DNA of 59,052 nucleotides from Candidatus Acidiferrales bacterium. GTDB lineage: Bacteria; Eisenbacteria; RBG-16-71-46. Made by a program: the position numbers and the translations under genes. The stretch spans positions 1 to 59,052 of the forward strand of contig DATJXF010000033.1 in NCBI GenBank assembly GCA_035500415.1. The letters run 5' to 3'. This document shows positions 19,228 through 32,122 of this stretch, in pieces. A model generated the notes under the pieces. It made no database searches. It was not told the origin of the DNA and saw only the letters and a list, made by a program, of their open reading frames with translations. The stretch's first letter is position 1, and every line of letters starts with the position of its first letter.

Positions 19228-21782
19228 GGGTGGCGAACAGGAGCGAGGCCGGCGTCTCACTGCCGCGCCGAGGCCCTTCCGCGCGCCGGCGGCGCAGCGG
19301 GCCGCTGGCTGCGCTGTTTGTCTGCGCGTGGGTGTGCATTGCTCTGAGCCAGGCGGCACACGCGCAGGTCCTCGATCAGCGCCTGTGGGGGACGAGCGGC
19401 AACGTCTCGGCGGTCGTACGTTCGGGTAGCACGCTCTACGTCGCGGGCGCGCTGGGCGAGGTTGGGCCCAGCACCGGCGGTGGTGTGCCGCTCAGCAGAG
19501 CCAGTGGCCTGCCGGTTAGCGGATTCCCGAGGGTCACGGGCTATGTCAGCGCAGTCGTACCCGATGGAACCGGAGGGTGGTTCGTAGGAGGTGACTTCAC
19601 GGCCGTCGGCGGCATCCCGCGCGCAAGCCTGGCGCACATTCTCGCGGATGGCTCGCTCGCGCCATGGGCTCCAGCGCAGGACGCTCACAGTATCAACAGA
19701 ATGGTATTATCAGGTGGTACGCTCTACGTCGCAGGCGATTTTAGCGTCATCGACGGAGAGCCGAGAACGCGACTCGCTGCTTTCGACGCGACGACCGGCG
19801 ACCTCCTCGCATGGGCTCCCGTCCCGAGCGGGACCGTCGGGCCATATTCCGGGCCGAACGTCATTGGGTTGGCCGCAGTCGGCGATACCGTCTTCGTTGG
19901 CGGGAACTTCGCGCAGATCAACGGCGTGGCGCGCGCTGGACTCGCGGCGGTCGATGGCAGAACGGGGCAGCTGCTCGGCTGGTATCCAGGACCGGCCAAT
20001 GACGAGGTCGACGTGCTGACCGCGCGCCGAGGAATCATATATCTGGGCGGGTACTTCACGTCGGTTGCGGGCCAGCCTCGCAATCGCGCAGCGGCGGTCG
20101 ATCTGCCTGTGGGCACGCTGCTGCCCTGGAGTCCGAACGTTACCGGCCCGGATGACGCCTACGTAGGTCCCCCGCGCCTAGCCGCTATCGTTGTGGGGGA
20201 CAGCGCCGTGTATCTCGGTGGCCAGTTCCTTTCGGTCGGAGGCGTAGCCCGGAATGCTCTCGCGGCGGTCGATCCCGACAGTGGTAGGGCGCTTGCGTGG
20301 AATCCCGGCACCGCAAACAACTTCAGCTATCCATATCCGTACGTGCAGTCCCTCGCGCTGCAGGATGACACCGTCTACGTGGGGGGCAACTTCGAGCTGC
20401 TCGCCGGGGCTGCAAGGTCCGGCTTGGGCGCGATTGGCGCCTCGACCGCCGTGGCGACCAGCTGGGACCCTCGGCCCGATCCTGACAAGATCACCCTCGC
20501 TCTGAGCGCGAGCGCAGGGTTGATCTATGCAGGCGGAACGTTCGGCAGCGTTGGCCCTTGGCAGCCGCGCGCCAACCTGGCTGCCTTCGACCTGGCGACC
20601 GGCGCAGTCAAGGACTGGAACCCAAACGACAACGGCATCGTGGCGACGGGGCTGATCGTGAGCGGCGGCAAGGTCTACGTCGCGGGGGACTTCTCGTTCA
20701 TCGGCGGTCAGCCGCGTTCGGGGCTCGCCGCCCTCGACACGCTGACGGGAGCCGCGCTGCCCTGGAATCCGGCCACGGACAACTGGGTCAACGCCATGAT
20801 CCTGAGCGGCGGTGTGCTCTACGTGGGCGGCCAGTTTTCCACCATCGGCGGAGCGTCCCGCTTCCGCGCCGCGGCGCTGGACACGTCGACGGGCATGGCG
20901 ACGGCGTGGGATCCCGGGGTAGACGACGACGTGACGGCGCTCGCCGCCAAGGACCGGACGATCTACCTCGGCGGATACTTCCGCAGCGTCGGCGGCCAGC
21001 CGCGCATGTCCATGGCCTCCGTGGACGCCGCGACGGCGGCGTTGGGCCCGTGGCGCGCCGATTGCGATGGGGCACCCTACGCCATGGTCGTGAGCGACTC
21101 GACCGTGTTCGCAGGCGGCGAGTACCTCTCGAGTTTTGGCGGCCAGGCTCGAACCGACATCGCCGCGCTCGATGCGACGAGCGGTGCCGTTCGACCGTGG
21201 GACGCCCATCTCTCGGGGTCGATTGCGAACCCGTCGCCGTCGGTCAACGCGCTCACGCTCGTGGGCCACACGCTCTACGTGGGCGGCGACTTCTACTCTC
21301 TCGGGGGGCAGATCCGGCCCTGCCTCGCGGCGCTCGACGACAGCGTCGGGCTCGCCACGTCGTGGGCCCCGCAGCCCGACTTTCCCGTCCGGGCGCTGAG
21401 CGCGAGCGGCGGCACGCTCTACGCGGGCGGCATCTTCGGTGCCATGAACCTGCAGCCCTGTCAGGGGCTGGCCGCGCTCTCCATCCCAACGGACGCGACC
21501 CCTTCGCCGCGCCCACCGGCATTCGCCCTCGCGCAGAACTTCCCCAACCCGGCGCGCGGCTCGACCACGATCCGCTTCACGCTCGCCGAGACCTCGATCG
21601 CGACGGTGATCGTGTACGACATCGCGGGCCGACGCGTGGCGACGCCGCTTAGGCGCGTGCCGCTCACGCCCGGTCCGCACGACGTGAGCGTCGCGCTCGG
21701 AAGCTTCAAGCCCGGCGTGTACCTCTACCGCCTCGAAGCGGCCGGCCGCTCGGCCACGCGCAAGATGCTCGTGGCCCGCTGA
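19224..21782 (+). CDS. secreted ~14-blade beta-propeller repeat protein with T9SS type-A C-terminal sorting domain
   Basis: GTG 19224 overlaps the upstream stop (GTGA). Signal peptide ..FVCAWVCIALSQAAHA. About 14 repeats of ..(Y/F)VGG.F..(V/I)GG..R..LAA.D..TG....W.P.. . C-terminal domain LAQNFPNPARGSTTIRF .. IVYDIAGRRV .. GVYLYRL. Confidence 0.75.
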   Translation: MRVANRSEAGVSLPRRGPSARRRRSGPLAALFVCAWVCIALSQAAHAQVLDQRLWGTSGNVSAVVRSGSTLYVAGALGEVGPSTGGGVPLSRASGLPVSGFPRVTGYVSAVVPDGTGGWFVGGDFTAVGGIPRASLAHILADGSLAPWAPAQDAHSINRMVLSGGTLYVAGDFSVIDGEPRTRLAAFDATTGDLLAWAPVPSGTVGPYSGPNVIGLAAVGDTVFVGGNFAQINGVARAGLAAVDGRTGQLLGWYPGPANDEVDVLTARRGIIYLGGYFTSVAGQPRNRAAAVDLPVGTLLPWSPNVTGPDDAYVGPPRLAAIVVGDSAVYLGGQFLSVGGVARNALAAVDPDSGRALAWNPGTANNFSYPYPYVQSLALQDDTVYVGGNFELLAGAARSGLGAIGASTAVATSWDPRPDPDKITLALSASAGLIYAGGTFGSVGPWQPRANLAAFDLATGAVKDWNPNDNGIVATGLIVSGGKVYVAGDFSFIGGQPRSGLAALDTLTGAALPWNPATDNWVNAMILSGGVLYVGGQFSTIGGASRFRAAALDTSTGMATAWDPGVDDDVTALAAKDRTIYLGGYFRSVGGQPRMSMASVDAATAALGPWRADCDGAPYAMVVSDSTVFAGGEYLSSFGGQARTDIAALDATSGAVRPWDAHLSGSIANPSPSVNALTLVGHTLYVGGDFYSLGGQIRPCLAALDDSVGLATSWAPQPDFPVRALSASGGTLYAGGIFGAMNLQPCQGLAALSIPTDATPSPRPPAFALAQNFPNPARGSTTIRFTLAETSIATVIVYDIAGRRVATPLRRVPLTPGPHDVSVALGSFKPGVYLYRLEAAGRSATRKMLVAR

Positions 21783-21820
21783 GTCGGGCGAAGGCCGCGA
21801 CTCCACGCGCACGGCGCCGC

Positions 21821-21853
21821 CGACTCCTCCATCTGCAGGAAGAGGCGGAGTCG
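21821..21853 (+). terminator. hairpin downstream of propeller gene (no U-tract)
   Basis: CGACTCC (21821-21827) pairs with GGAGTCG (21847-21853), plus 2 further bp after one mismatch. Lies 39 nt after the stop. Confidence 0.3.
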
Positions 21854-21921
21854 ACCGTCCCGCAAGGCGCCTGGCCGGCCGTGCCGTGCGCGCGCGCCGG
21901 CCCGCCCGCTATGCTCGCGTC

Positions 21922-22830
21922 ATGGACCAGACCGTGGTGCGGGCACTCGAGGACGCGATGGCGCGCCTGGCGGCCGTGACGGACGTGCCGCACTCCGATG
22001 CCGCCGAGCTCGTGAGCCGCCTGCTCGGCGTCGGCCGCGGCGAGCTGCGGGCGCTGCGCGAGCGCGTGCTCTCGCCGGAGGAATCGCAGCGCCTCGAGGC
22101 CTGGCTCGCACGCCGGCTCTCGGGCGAGCCGGTCCAGTACGTGACCGGACGCGCCGCGTTTCGCGATCTCGATCTCGTCGTCGACCGACGCGCGCTGATT
22201 CCGCGCCCGGAGACCGAAGGGCTCGTCGAGGCCGTGCTCGAGGTGCTGGCCGACGAGCGCGCATCGTGGCCCCGGCCGCGCCTGCTCGACCTCGGCACGG
22301 GTTCGGGCGCGATCGCGCTCGCACTGGCGAGCGAATGGCCCGCGGCCGCGGTCACCGCCACCGACGCCTCGGACGCTGCGCTCGCGCTGGCGCGCGCGAA
22401 CGCGCAGGCGCTCGGCCTCGAGGCGCGCGTCACGTTCGCCGAGGGCGACTGGTTCGGCGCCGTTGCCTCGGACGAGCGCTTCGAGGTCGTGGTCGCGAAC
22501 CCGCCCTACGTCGCGCCGGGCGAGGCCGCCGCGCTCGAGACGGAGGTGCGCGACTGGGAACCGCACTCGGCGCTCTTCTCCGGCGACGACGGCCGGGCGG
22601 CGCTCCGCGCGATCGTCGATGAGGCGCCGCGCCACCTCGTCGCGGGCGGGCTGCTCGCGCTCGAGCTCGCCGAGGCACGCGCAGGCGAGATCGCCGGCTG
22701 GCTCGAGGGCGCGCACGACTGGACCGCGGTGGAGCTGCGCGACGACCTCGCGGGCCGGCCGCGCGTGCTCCTCGCGCGCCGCGAGCGCGGTCCGGCGATC
22801 GCCCCCGCGCAGTGGAGCGAGGAGCGCTGA
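21922..22830 (+). CDS. prmC: release factor glutamine N5-methyltransferase
   Basis: ORF 21886..22830. SAM motif LLDLGTGSGAIAL and catalytic VVANPPYV. The start could be ATG 21922 or GTG 21886. Confidence 0.9.
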   Translation: MDQTVVRALEDAMARLAAVTDVPHSDAAELVSRLLGVGRGELRALRERVLSPEESQRLEAWLARRLSGEPVQYVTGRAAFRDLDLVVDRRALIPRPETEGLVEAVLEVLADERASWPRPRLLDLGTGSGAIALALASEWPAAAVTATDASDAALALARANAQALGLEARVTFAEGDWFGAVASDERFEVVVANPPYVAPGEAAALETEVRDWEPHSALFSGDDGRAALRAIVDEAPRHLVAGGLLALELAEARAGEIAGWLEGAHDWTAVELRDDLAGRPRVLLARRERGPAIAPAQWSEER

Positions 22831-22965
22831 GCGCGGCCGATTCGCGCCGCCCACCGACGCGCGCCGCAACCCCGGGATGCCCGTGACGCCGGCTTCCGCA
22901 CCGCGCACGGCTTTGCGCTACCCTTGCGAACGAGTCTCCCTTTCCACCCGTTCACGAGGTGAAGC

Positions 22966-23847
<882 letters not shown>

Positions 23848-23848
23848 C

Positions 23849-24322
23849 GTGAGCGAGGAACCGGAGCTTCCGCAACCGCTCGCGGAGGTCGTCGCCGACT
23901 TCGATTTCGTGGACCGCGCGCTGCGCGCCGAGCTGCTGATCGAGTGCGCGGACCGCTTCGAGGAGGTCCCGCCCGCCGTCGCGACGCGGCCGTTCCCGGA
24001 GTCGGCGCGTGCGCCGCGCTGCGAGTCCGAGGCGTTCGTCTTTGCGGTCGATCGCGCGGACGGCACTCTCGACCTGTACTTCGCCGTCGAGAACCCGCAG
24101 GGCATCTCGGCCAAGGCGTGGGCGGTGATCCTGCGCGAGACGCTCTCGGGCCAGCCGCTCGAGCGCGTCGCCGCCGTGCCGGGTGACGTGCTCTACCGCA
24201 TCTTCGGGCGCGACCTCTCGATGGGGAAGGGCCAGGGCCTGCTCGGGATGCTCGAGCTCGTGCAGCACGAGGCGCGGCGCCGGCTCGAGGCGCGCCGCCG
24301 CCACGCGCAGGGAATCGCCTGA
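23849..24322 (+). CDS. SufE-like sulfur acceptor protein
   Basis: GTG starts 1 nt after the rhodanese stop. LIECADRFEEVP and a conserved Cys context RAPRCESEAFVF, typical of SufE/Fe-S-metabolism-associated domains. Confidence 0.75.
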   Translation: MSEEPELPQPLAEVVADFDFVDRALRAELLIECADRFEEVPPAVATRPFPESARAPRCESEAFVFAVDRADGTLDLYFAVENPQGISAKAWAVILRETLSGQPLERVAAVPGDVLYRIFGRDLSMGKGQGLLGMLELVQHEARRRLEARRRHAQGIA

Positions 24323-24330
24323 GGGCCGCG

Positions 24331-25464
24331 ATGGACCCCCGGTCGCTGCTGGCCGCCCTCGCCGGGCTGCTGCTCACGCTCGCGATCCTCTGGGACGCGT
24401 TCGAGGCCGTGCTCGTGCCGCGACGCATCGGGCACGCCTACCGCTTCTCGCGCGCGTTCTACCGCGTGACCTGGACCGGCTGGCGCGAGCTCGCGCGCCG
24501 CATCCGCACGGCGTCGCGGCGCGAGGGTCTGCTCGGCTTCTTCGCCCCGCTCTCGCTCATCCTGCTGCTCATCTGCTGGGCGAGCGGGCTCATCGTCTCG
24601 TGCGCGCTGCTCCAGTACGCGGCGGCGGACGCGGACGGTGCACGGCACTTCGGCCGGCTGGTCTACATGAGCGGCGAGACGTTCTTCACGCTCGGCTTCG
24701 GCGACGTGACGCCGCACGGCGGCATGGGGCGCGCGCTCTCGGTGCTCGAGGCGGGCATGGGGTTCGGCTTCCTCGCGACCGTGATCGGCTACCTGCCCAC
24801 GCTCTACGCCGCGTTCTCGCAGCGCGAGATCGAGATCTCGCTGCTCGACGCGCGCGCCGGCTCGCCCCCGACCGCGGCCGAGTTCGTGCGGCGCATGTCG
24901 GTCTTCGCCGAGCAGGGACTGCCCGACGGACTCATGCGCGACTGGGAACGCTGGTGCGCCTCCGTGCTCGAGACCCACATCTCGTACCCGCTGCTCGCAT
25001 ACTACCGCTCGCAGCACAGCAACCAGTCGTGGCTCGGGGCGCTCACGGTGATCCTCGATTCCACCGCACTGCTGCTCGCGGGCGTCGAGGGCATTCACCC
25101 CGACCAGGCCCAGCTCACGTTCGCGATGGCGCGGCATGCCCTCGTCGACGTGACGCAGAGCTTCGTGCCGGCCTACCGGCCCGATGCGCGCGACCGGCTG
25201 CCCTCGACGGAGCTGGCGCGTCTGCGCGAACACCTGGCGGGCAGCTCGCTCACGATTCCGGCCGACGTGGAGTTCGAGCACCGGCTCGCCGCGCTGCGGC
25301 GCGACTACGAACCCTACGCGCAGGCGCTCGCTCGCCACCTGCTCGTCGAGCTGCCGCCCTGGATCCACGCCGAGACGCGGCGCGACAACTGGAGCCGAGG
25401 ACCGTGGGACCAGGCGATCGGCTCGCTGCCCGCGGCGGCGGTCTGGGACGAGGAACACTTCTGA
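24331..25464 (+). CDS. two-TM potassium channel family protein with large C-terminal domain
   Basis: Pore/selectivity filter FFTLGFGDVTPHG flanked by TM helices. The C-terminal ~250 aa belong to no family I recognise. Confidence 0.8.
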   Translation: MDPRSLLAALAGLLLTLAILWDAFEAVLVPRRIGHAYRFSRAFYRVTWTGWRELARRIRTASRREGLLGFFAPLSLILLLICWASGLIVSCALLQYAAADADGARHFGRLVYMSGETFFTLGFGDVTPHGGMGRALSVLEAGMGFGFLATVIGYLPTLYAAFSQREIEISLLDARAGSPPTAAEFVRRMSVFAEQGLPDGLMRDWERWCASVLETHISYPLLAYYRSQHSNQSWLGALTVILDSTALLLAGVEGIHPDQAQLTFAMARHALVDVTQSFVPAYRPDARDRLPSTELARLREHLAGSSLTIPADVEFEHRLAALRRDYEPYAQALARHLLVELPPWIHAETRRDNWSRGPWDQAIGSLPAAAVWDEEHF

Positions 25465-25508
25465 CCCGACGAGGGCGCGGCGCGGTCCGCGCGCCGCGGC
25501 CGCACCGC

Positions 25509-25949
25509 TCAACGCAGCAGCCGGACCGCCCAGACGCCCAGGAACGCGGAGGCGTGCACGAGCAGCCAGCGCTCGCGCCAGAGCCCCGGAGGCAGGCGGC
25601 GCGCTCGGATCGCGAACGGCCACGCGAGCCAGAGCGCGGCCACCTCGGCCGCGAGCGGGAGCGCGAGCGGGTGCCGCGCCAGCGAGCCACGCACGTCGCC
25701 CTTCGCGAGCAGCGCGAGCGCGCGCGTCATGCCGCACGTCGCACAGTCGTGGCCGGTCAGGCGGCGGAAGAGGCACAGCGTCTGCGCCGGATCGTCGGAC
25801 GGCGTCCAGGCGTGGAGCACGAGGGCGGCCGCGGCGAGCACGACGCCCGCGAGCGCCCAGGCGCGCCAGCCACCCGCGAGGCGTGCGGACGACGGCCCCG
25901 GGCCGCTCGCGCGCTCAGTGCGGATAGTGCGCATCCATCTCGCCCGCAC
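25509..25949 (-). CDS. DUF2752 domain membrane protein
   Basis: CLFRRLTGHDCATCGMTRALALL, followed by hydrophobic helices. The start is uncertain and overlaps the end of the upstream gene. Confidence 0.75.
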   Translation of the reverse strand: MRARWMRTIRTERASGPGPSSARLAGGWRAWALAGVVLAAAALVLHAWTPSDDPAQTLCLFRRLTGHDCATCGMTRALALLAKGDVRGSLARHPLALPLAAEVAALWLAWPFAIRARRLPPGLWRERWLLVHASAFLGVWAVRLLR

Positions 25950-26835
25950 GCACCGCGAGGGGGAGCGTGTTGGCGCGCGTCGGAATCGGACAGTTGTAGT
26001 GCGGGCTGAACGCGCACGCCGGGTTGTAGGCGAAATTGAAGTCGAGCACGTAGCGCCCGTCGGGCATCGGTTCGGGGTCGAGGTAACGCCCGACCGGATA
26101 CGTCTCGTGTCCCGTCGTCGCGTCGCGGAAGAAGATGCTGAGCGAGTTCTCGTCGACGCCGGGCTCGAGCAGCCGGTGCGCCTCGAGCCGGCAATCGTGT
26201 CGGCCGATCCTCACGTCGAACCACCCGACCCGCAGCGCGCGCCGGCGGTTGCCGCGGGTCGAGAGGATGATGACGGTATCGGGATGCGGCGCGGGCACCA
26301 GCGCCGCCGCAAAGCGCAGCGAGAGATCGACGGGGAAGTACTCGCGACCCTTGTAGGCGGAAAAGCGCGGGCTCTGCGGATCGAACACGATGATCGCCGG
26401 AAAGCGCTGGTGCGAGAGCCGCAGCGTCCAGCGGCCGAGCTCGATGGCGGCGGGACCGAGCGTCAGCTCGAGGTAGTCGAGGTGCTGCCAGCGGAACGGT
26501 GCCGTGGGATCGAGCGTCGCGACGTGGAACGAGTCGCCCGCCGCGCTCACGCGGATCGCGTGGAGCGGCATCGCGGGATCGTCGATCCGCACGTCGCAGT
26601 CCGGCGCGCGACCGACGACGAGCGCGCTGCGTTCGCCGAAATCGACGCGCTCGATGGTCGCGAGGTAGGAGGTGGCGCCCGACTTGAGGTCGTTCTCCTC
26701 GTTCTCGCGCTCGGTGAGGATCGCGCTGGTGATCGAGTCACGTGCGGCCGGATCGAGTGCCTGTGGCGGTGCGGCGTGGGAGGCGATGCCGCCGTTCAGT
26801 GCGAGCAGGAGCGGGCCGATGACGAGAGGGTTCAT
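25915..26835 (-). CDS. DUF1684 domain protein (secreted)
   Basis: Signal-like MNPLVIGPLLLALNGGIASHA. C-terminal signature FNFAYNPACAFSPHYNCPIPTRANTLPLAVRAGE. Confidence 0.8.
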   Translation of the reverse strand: MNPLVIGPLLLALNGGIASHAAPPQALDPAARDSITSAILTERENEENDLKSGATSYLATIERVDFGERSALVVGRAPDCDVRIDDPAMPLHAIRVSAAGDSFHVATLDPTAPFRWQHLDYLELTLGPAAIELGRWTLRLSHQRFPAIIVFDPQSPRFSAYKGREYFPVDLSLRFAAALVPAPHPDTVIILSTRGNRRRALRVGWFDVRIGRHDCRLEAHRLLEPGVDENSLSIFFRDATTGHETYPVGRYLDPEPMPDGRYVLDFNFAYNPACAFSPHYNCPIPTRANTLPLAVRAGEMDAHYPH

Positions 26836-26921
26836 TCGATCTCCGGTCGATCATGCAACTGGGGATGTCCGCGCGCAGACTATCGCCGCGCGTGCGAGGC
26901 AGCCAGTCGTCGCGCGACGCG

Positions 26922-26950
26922 TTGCGTGGGCCGGGAGCCCCGACGATAAT
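26922..26950 (+). promoter_or_regulatory. putative murA promoter
   Basis: TTGCGT (26922-26927), 17 nt, GATAAT (26945-26950), about 120 nt upstream of the murA ATG. Hexamer match only. Confidence 0.3.
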
Positions 26951-27070
26951 CCGCCACGTTGCGCCGGCGTCGCCGCGCCCTCGTTCGGGCCGCTCCCCGG
27001 CGCGGAAAGGCACACGGACGTGACCGCCAGGACCGCACCCCCAACCGATTCCGCCGCATCCAAGTCGCAC

Positions 27071-28329
<1,259 letters not shown>

Positions 28330-28333
<4 letters not shown>

Positions 28334-28944
28334 CGGGTCGCCGCGAGGCGGCTCGCAAGCGCTACGACGCCGGTTACTTCGAGCACTGGTATCGCCGCTC
28401 GGGGCTGGGCGTCGGCCAGCGCGCGTTCGTCGGGCGCAAGGTCCACCTCGCGCTCGCCGCCGCGGAGTACGTGCTCGGGCGGCGCGCCCGCAGCGTGCTC
28501 GACGTGGGCTGCGGCGAAGCGCCGTGGCGCGCGATCCTGCGCCGCCTGCGGCCGGGGATCGAGTACCTCGGCGTGGATTCGAGCGCGTACGCCGTCGCGC
28601 GCTTCGGCCGGCGGCGCAACATCCGGCCCGGCTCGCTCGCCACGCTCGCCTCGCTGCGGATCGGCGGACGCTGGGACCTGGTCGTTTGCGCGGACGTGCT
28701 CCACTACGTGCCGACCGCGGAGGTGAGGGCCGGGCTCGCCGCGCTCGCACCGCGCGTGGGCGGCGTCGGCTTCCTCGAGGCGTTCACGCGCGAGGACGAG
28801 ATCGAGGGCGATCGCGACGGATTCCAGCGCCGCAGCCGCGCGCAGTACCGGCGGATGTTCGCCGCGGCCGGCCTGCACCCGCTCGGGCTCCACCTCTACG
28901 TGCGCCGCACGGTGCGCGACAGCCTCGTGGCGCTCGAGCGCTGA
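28330..28944 (+). CDS. class I SAM-dependent methyltransferase
   Basis: GTG 28330 overlaps the murA stop (GTGA). Motif I VLDVGCGEAPW, later DLVVCADVLHYV. Confidence 0.7.
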
Positions 28945-28986
28945 CCGTCCCCGGGGAAACGCTCACCGGGAGTCTGCGGGAACGCC

Positions 28987-30117
28987 CTACAGCGTGCGCT
29001 TGAACAGCAGCGACGCGAGCATGAGCATCAGGAACGCGAAGCCCGCCATCACGAGGAAATCGGGCAGCACGGCCCCGAACCCGACGCCCTTGAGGAGCAG
29101 GCCGCGCAGCGCGTGCACGGCGTAGCGCATCGGGAACGCGCGCGAGATCGCGGTGAGCCAGCCGGGATAGCTCTCGGTGGGGTAAAGCGCGCCGCTCGGG
29201 AAGAACGTGATCACGTTGAGGATGCCGAAGAGCGCGCGCGGCGTGATCGGGTTCGAGACGCGCGCCATGAGCGTGAACATGAACAGCACGAGCCCGACGG
29301 CGAGCAGCGCCATCGCGGTAAGCGTGAGCAGGATCGTCTGGAATCCGCCGATGATCGGCAGCCGCGCGACGACGATCGCCGAGAGCAGCACAGTCGTGCC
29401 GACGATCATGGCGAGCGTCAGCGCCGACAGCGTAAGGCCGAGCACGACGTCGAGCGCCGCGAGCGGCGTGACGAAGTAGCCCTCGTGAATGCCGCGCGCG
29501 CGATCGTCGACGAGGATGATGCCGCCCGCGAGCATCGCGACGAAGAAGAGCGCGAGCGCGATGACGCCGGGCACGAGGTACTGCATGAACTCCTTGTGCC
29601 CGTAGACGTCGACGCGCTCGACCTGGACGTGCGGCGCGGCGATCGCGACGCCCGTCGGTCCGGCCACATCGCGGGCCAGCGCCTGGCGGATCTCGGCCTC
29701 GATCACGCCCGCCGACGTGTTGTCCGTGTTGTCGACGACCACGCCGAGCGGTGCGCCCTCGCCGCGCGCGAAGTCGCCGCTGAAGTCCGGCGGCACGATG
29801 ACGACCGCCTTGTACTCGCCCTGCCGCAGCGCGCGCACCGCGCTCGCCGGGTCGGGCTCGGACGTGATGCGGAACAGCTCGCGGCTCTGCGCCAGCGTGC
29901 GCAACCGGTTCTCGACGTCCACGGCGGCGCTGCCGCGATCCTGCATGACGAGCGCGATCGGGAGGTCGTGCAGATCGCCACCCATCGACTTGCCGAGGAT
30001 GATCAGGTAGATGATGGGCATGAGCACCATCGGGATCAGCAGCTTGGTATTGCGCCGGAAGCGGCGCAGGTCACGCTCGGCGACGGCCAGCATACGATGA
30101 AAGCTGAACTCGAACAT
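28987..30117 (-). CDS. ABC-2 type transporter permease
   Basis: 376 aa. N-terminal TM, large periplasmic loop, then 5 C-terminal TM helices. YbhS/YbhR-like architecture. Confidence 0.85.
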   Translation of the reverse strand: MFEFSFHRMLAVAERDLRRFRRNTKLLIPMVLMPIIYLIILGKSMGGDLHDLPIALVMQDRGSAAVDVENRLRTLAQSRELFRITSEPDPASAVRALRQGEYKAVVIVPPDFSGDFARGEGAPLGVVVDNTDNTSAGVIEAEIRQALARDVAGPTGVAIAAPHVQVERVDVYGHKEFMQYLVPGVIALALFFVAMLAGGIILVDDRARGIHEGYFVTPLAALDVVLGLTLSALTLAMIVGTTVLLSAIVVARLPIIGGFQTILLTLTAMALLAVGLVLFMFTLMARVSNPITPRALFGILNVITFFPSGALYPTESYPGWLTAISRAFPMRYAVHALRGLLLKGVGFGAVLPDFLVMAGFAFLMLMLASLLFKRTL

Positions 30118-30156
30118 GGTGTCGGCTCCCCGCGGTCTCGCGAACGGTGCAGCGCC

Positions 30157-31187
<1,031 letters not shown>

Positions 31188-31191
<4 letters not shown>

Positions 31192-32120
31192 GGCTTCGCG
31201 CCCGCCATCGACTGCACCGCAGGCGAGACGTGGATCGTGACGTCGGCGGTCATGCCGTCCTTGAGCAGGTGATCGGGATTGGGCAGCAGCGCGGTCACGG
31301 TGAACGTCCGGATGTCGCGGCGTTGCGCGCCCCAGTCCTTGCGCGTCGCGAAGTCGCCGGCGGGCTCGATGTCGGTCACGACGCCGGGGAACGTGCGCCG
31401 GTCGAACGTGTAGACGTGCACGTCGACGCGATCGCCCGGCCGCACGGCTCCGACGCGCGTCTCGTCGACCGCAGCGAGCACCTTGATTGTGTCGCTCTGC
31501 TCGATCGTCACGACGGGCGTGCCCGCCATGACCATTTCACCGGGCTCGTGCACGCGCTCGGCGACGATGCCGCCCTGCGGCGAACTGAGCACGGTGTAGG
31601 AGCGGCGCAGCTTGGCCTGGGCGAGCGCGGTCTCCGCCGAGTGCACCTGCGCCTGAGCCGCCTCGACCTGCGCGGTCGTGACGGACGCCTCCGCCTGCGC
31701 GGCGTCCATCTGCTGCGGCGTCGTCGCCGCACTGGCGAGCAGCGAGCGCATGCGCGCGAGGTCCTGGGCCGCCTTCTCGTGGTTCGCCCGCGATTGCGCG
31801 AGCGCCGCGCGCGCGGACTCGAGCGAGGCCTGCGCCGCCTGGATCTGCACGTCGAAGTCCTCGGTCGCGAGGCGGCCGACCACTTCGCCCGGGGGCACGC
31901 GGTCGCCTTCGGCGACCGGCACGGCCGCGATTCGCCCCTCGACCTGGAAGCCAAGCTGGACGTGCACGGACGAGATCGTCCCGGTCGTGACGACGTCGCC
32001 GCCCGTATAGGCCTCGCGATGCGTCATCGCCCGCCACACGAAGTACCCGGCGACGCCGAGCACGATCAGGAGCACGATGCTCCGGATCACCGCCGCCGGA
32101 CCGCGCTTTCGTTCGGCCAT
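31188..32120 (-). CDS. HlyD-family membrane fusion protein
   Basis: ORF 31188..33365 trimmed to MAERKRGPAAV.. (310 aa). TM anchor, lipoyl-like VAEGDRVPPGEVV, long coiled coil, beta-barrel. Its stop overlaps the ATPase start (ATGA). Confidence 0.85.
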
Positions 32121-32122
32121 GA

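Noticed and set aside
14964-21921. Calling the prfA-prmC insert a mobile element or genomic island with att sites.
   Set aside because: There is no integrase, transposase or tRNA. The only shared flank sequence I found is the low-complexity 9-mer ACGCGCACG, which is not significant in CG-rich DNA. The first two genes of the block have native-looking GC.
21910-21924. TATGCT hexamer ending 6 nt before the prmC ATG 21922, suggesting a leaderless mRNA.
   Set aside because: There is no credible -35 at 17-18 nt. An in-frame GTG at 21886 is an equally valid start. This cannot be supported from sequence alone.
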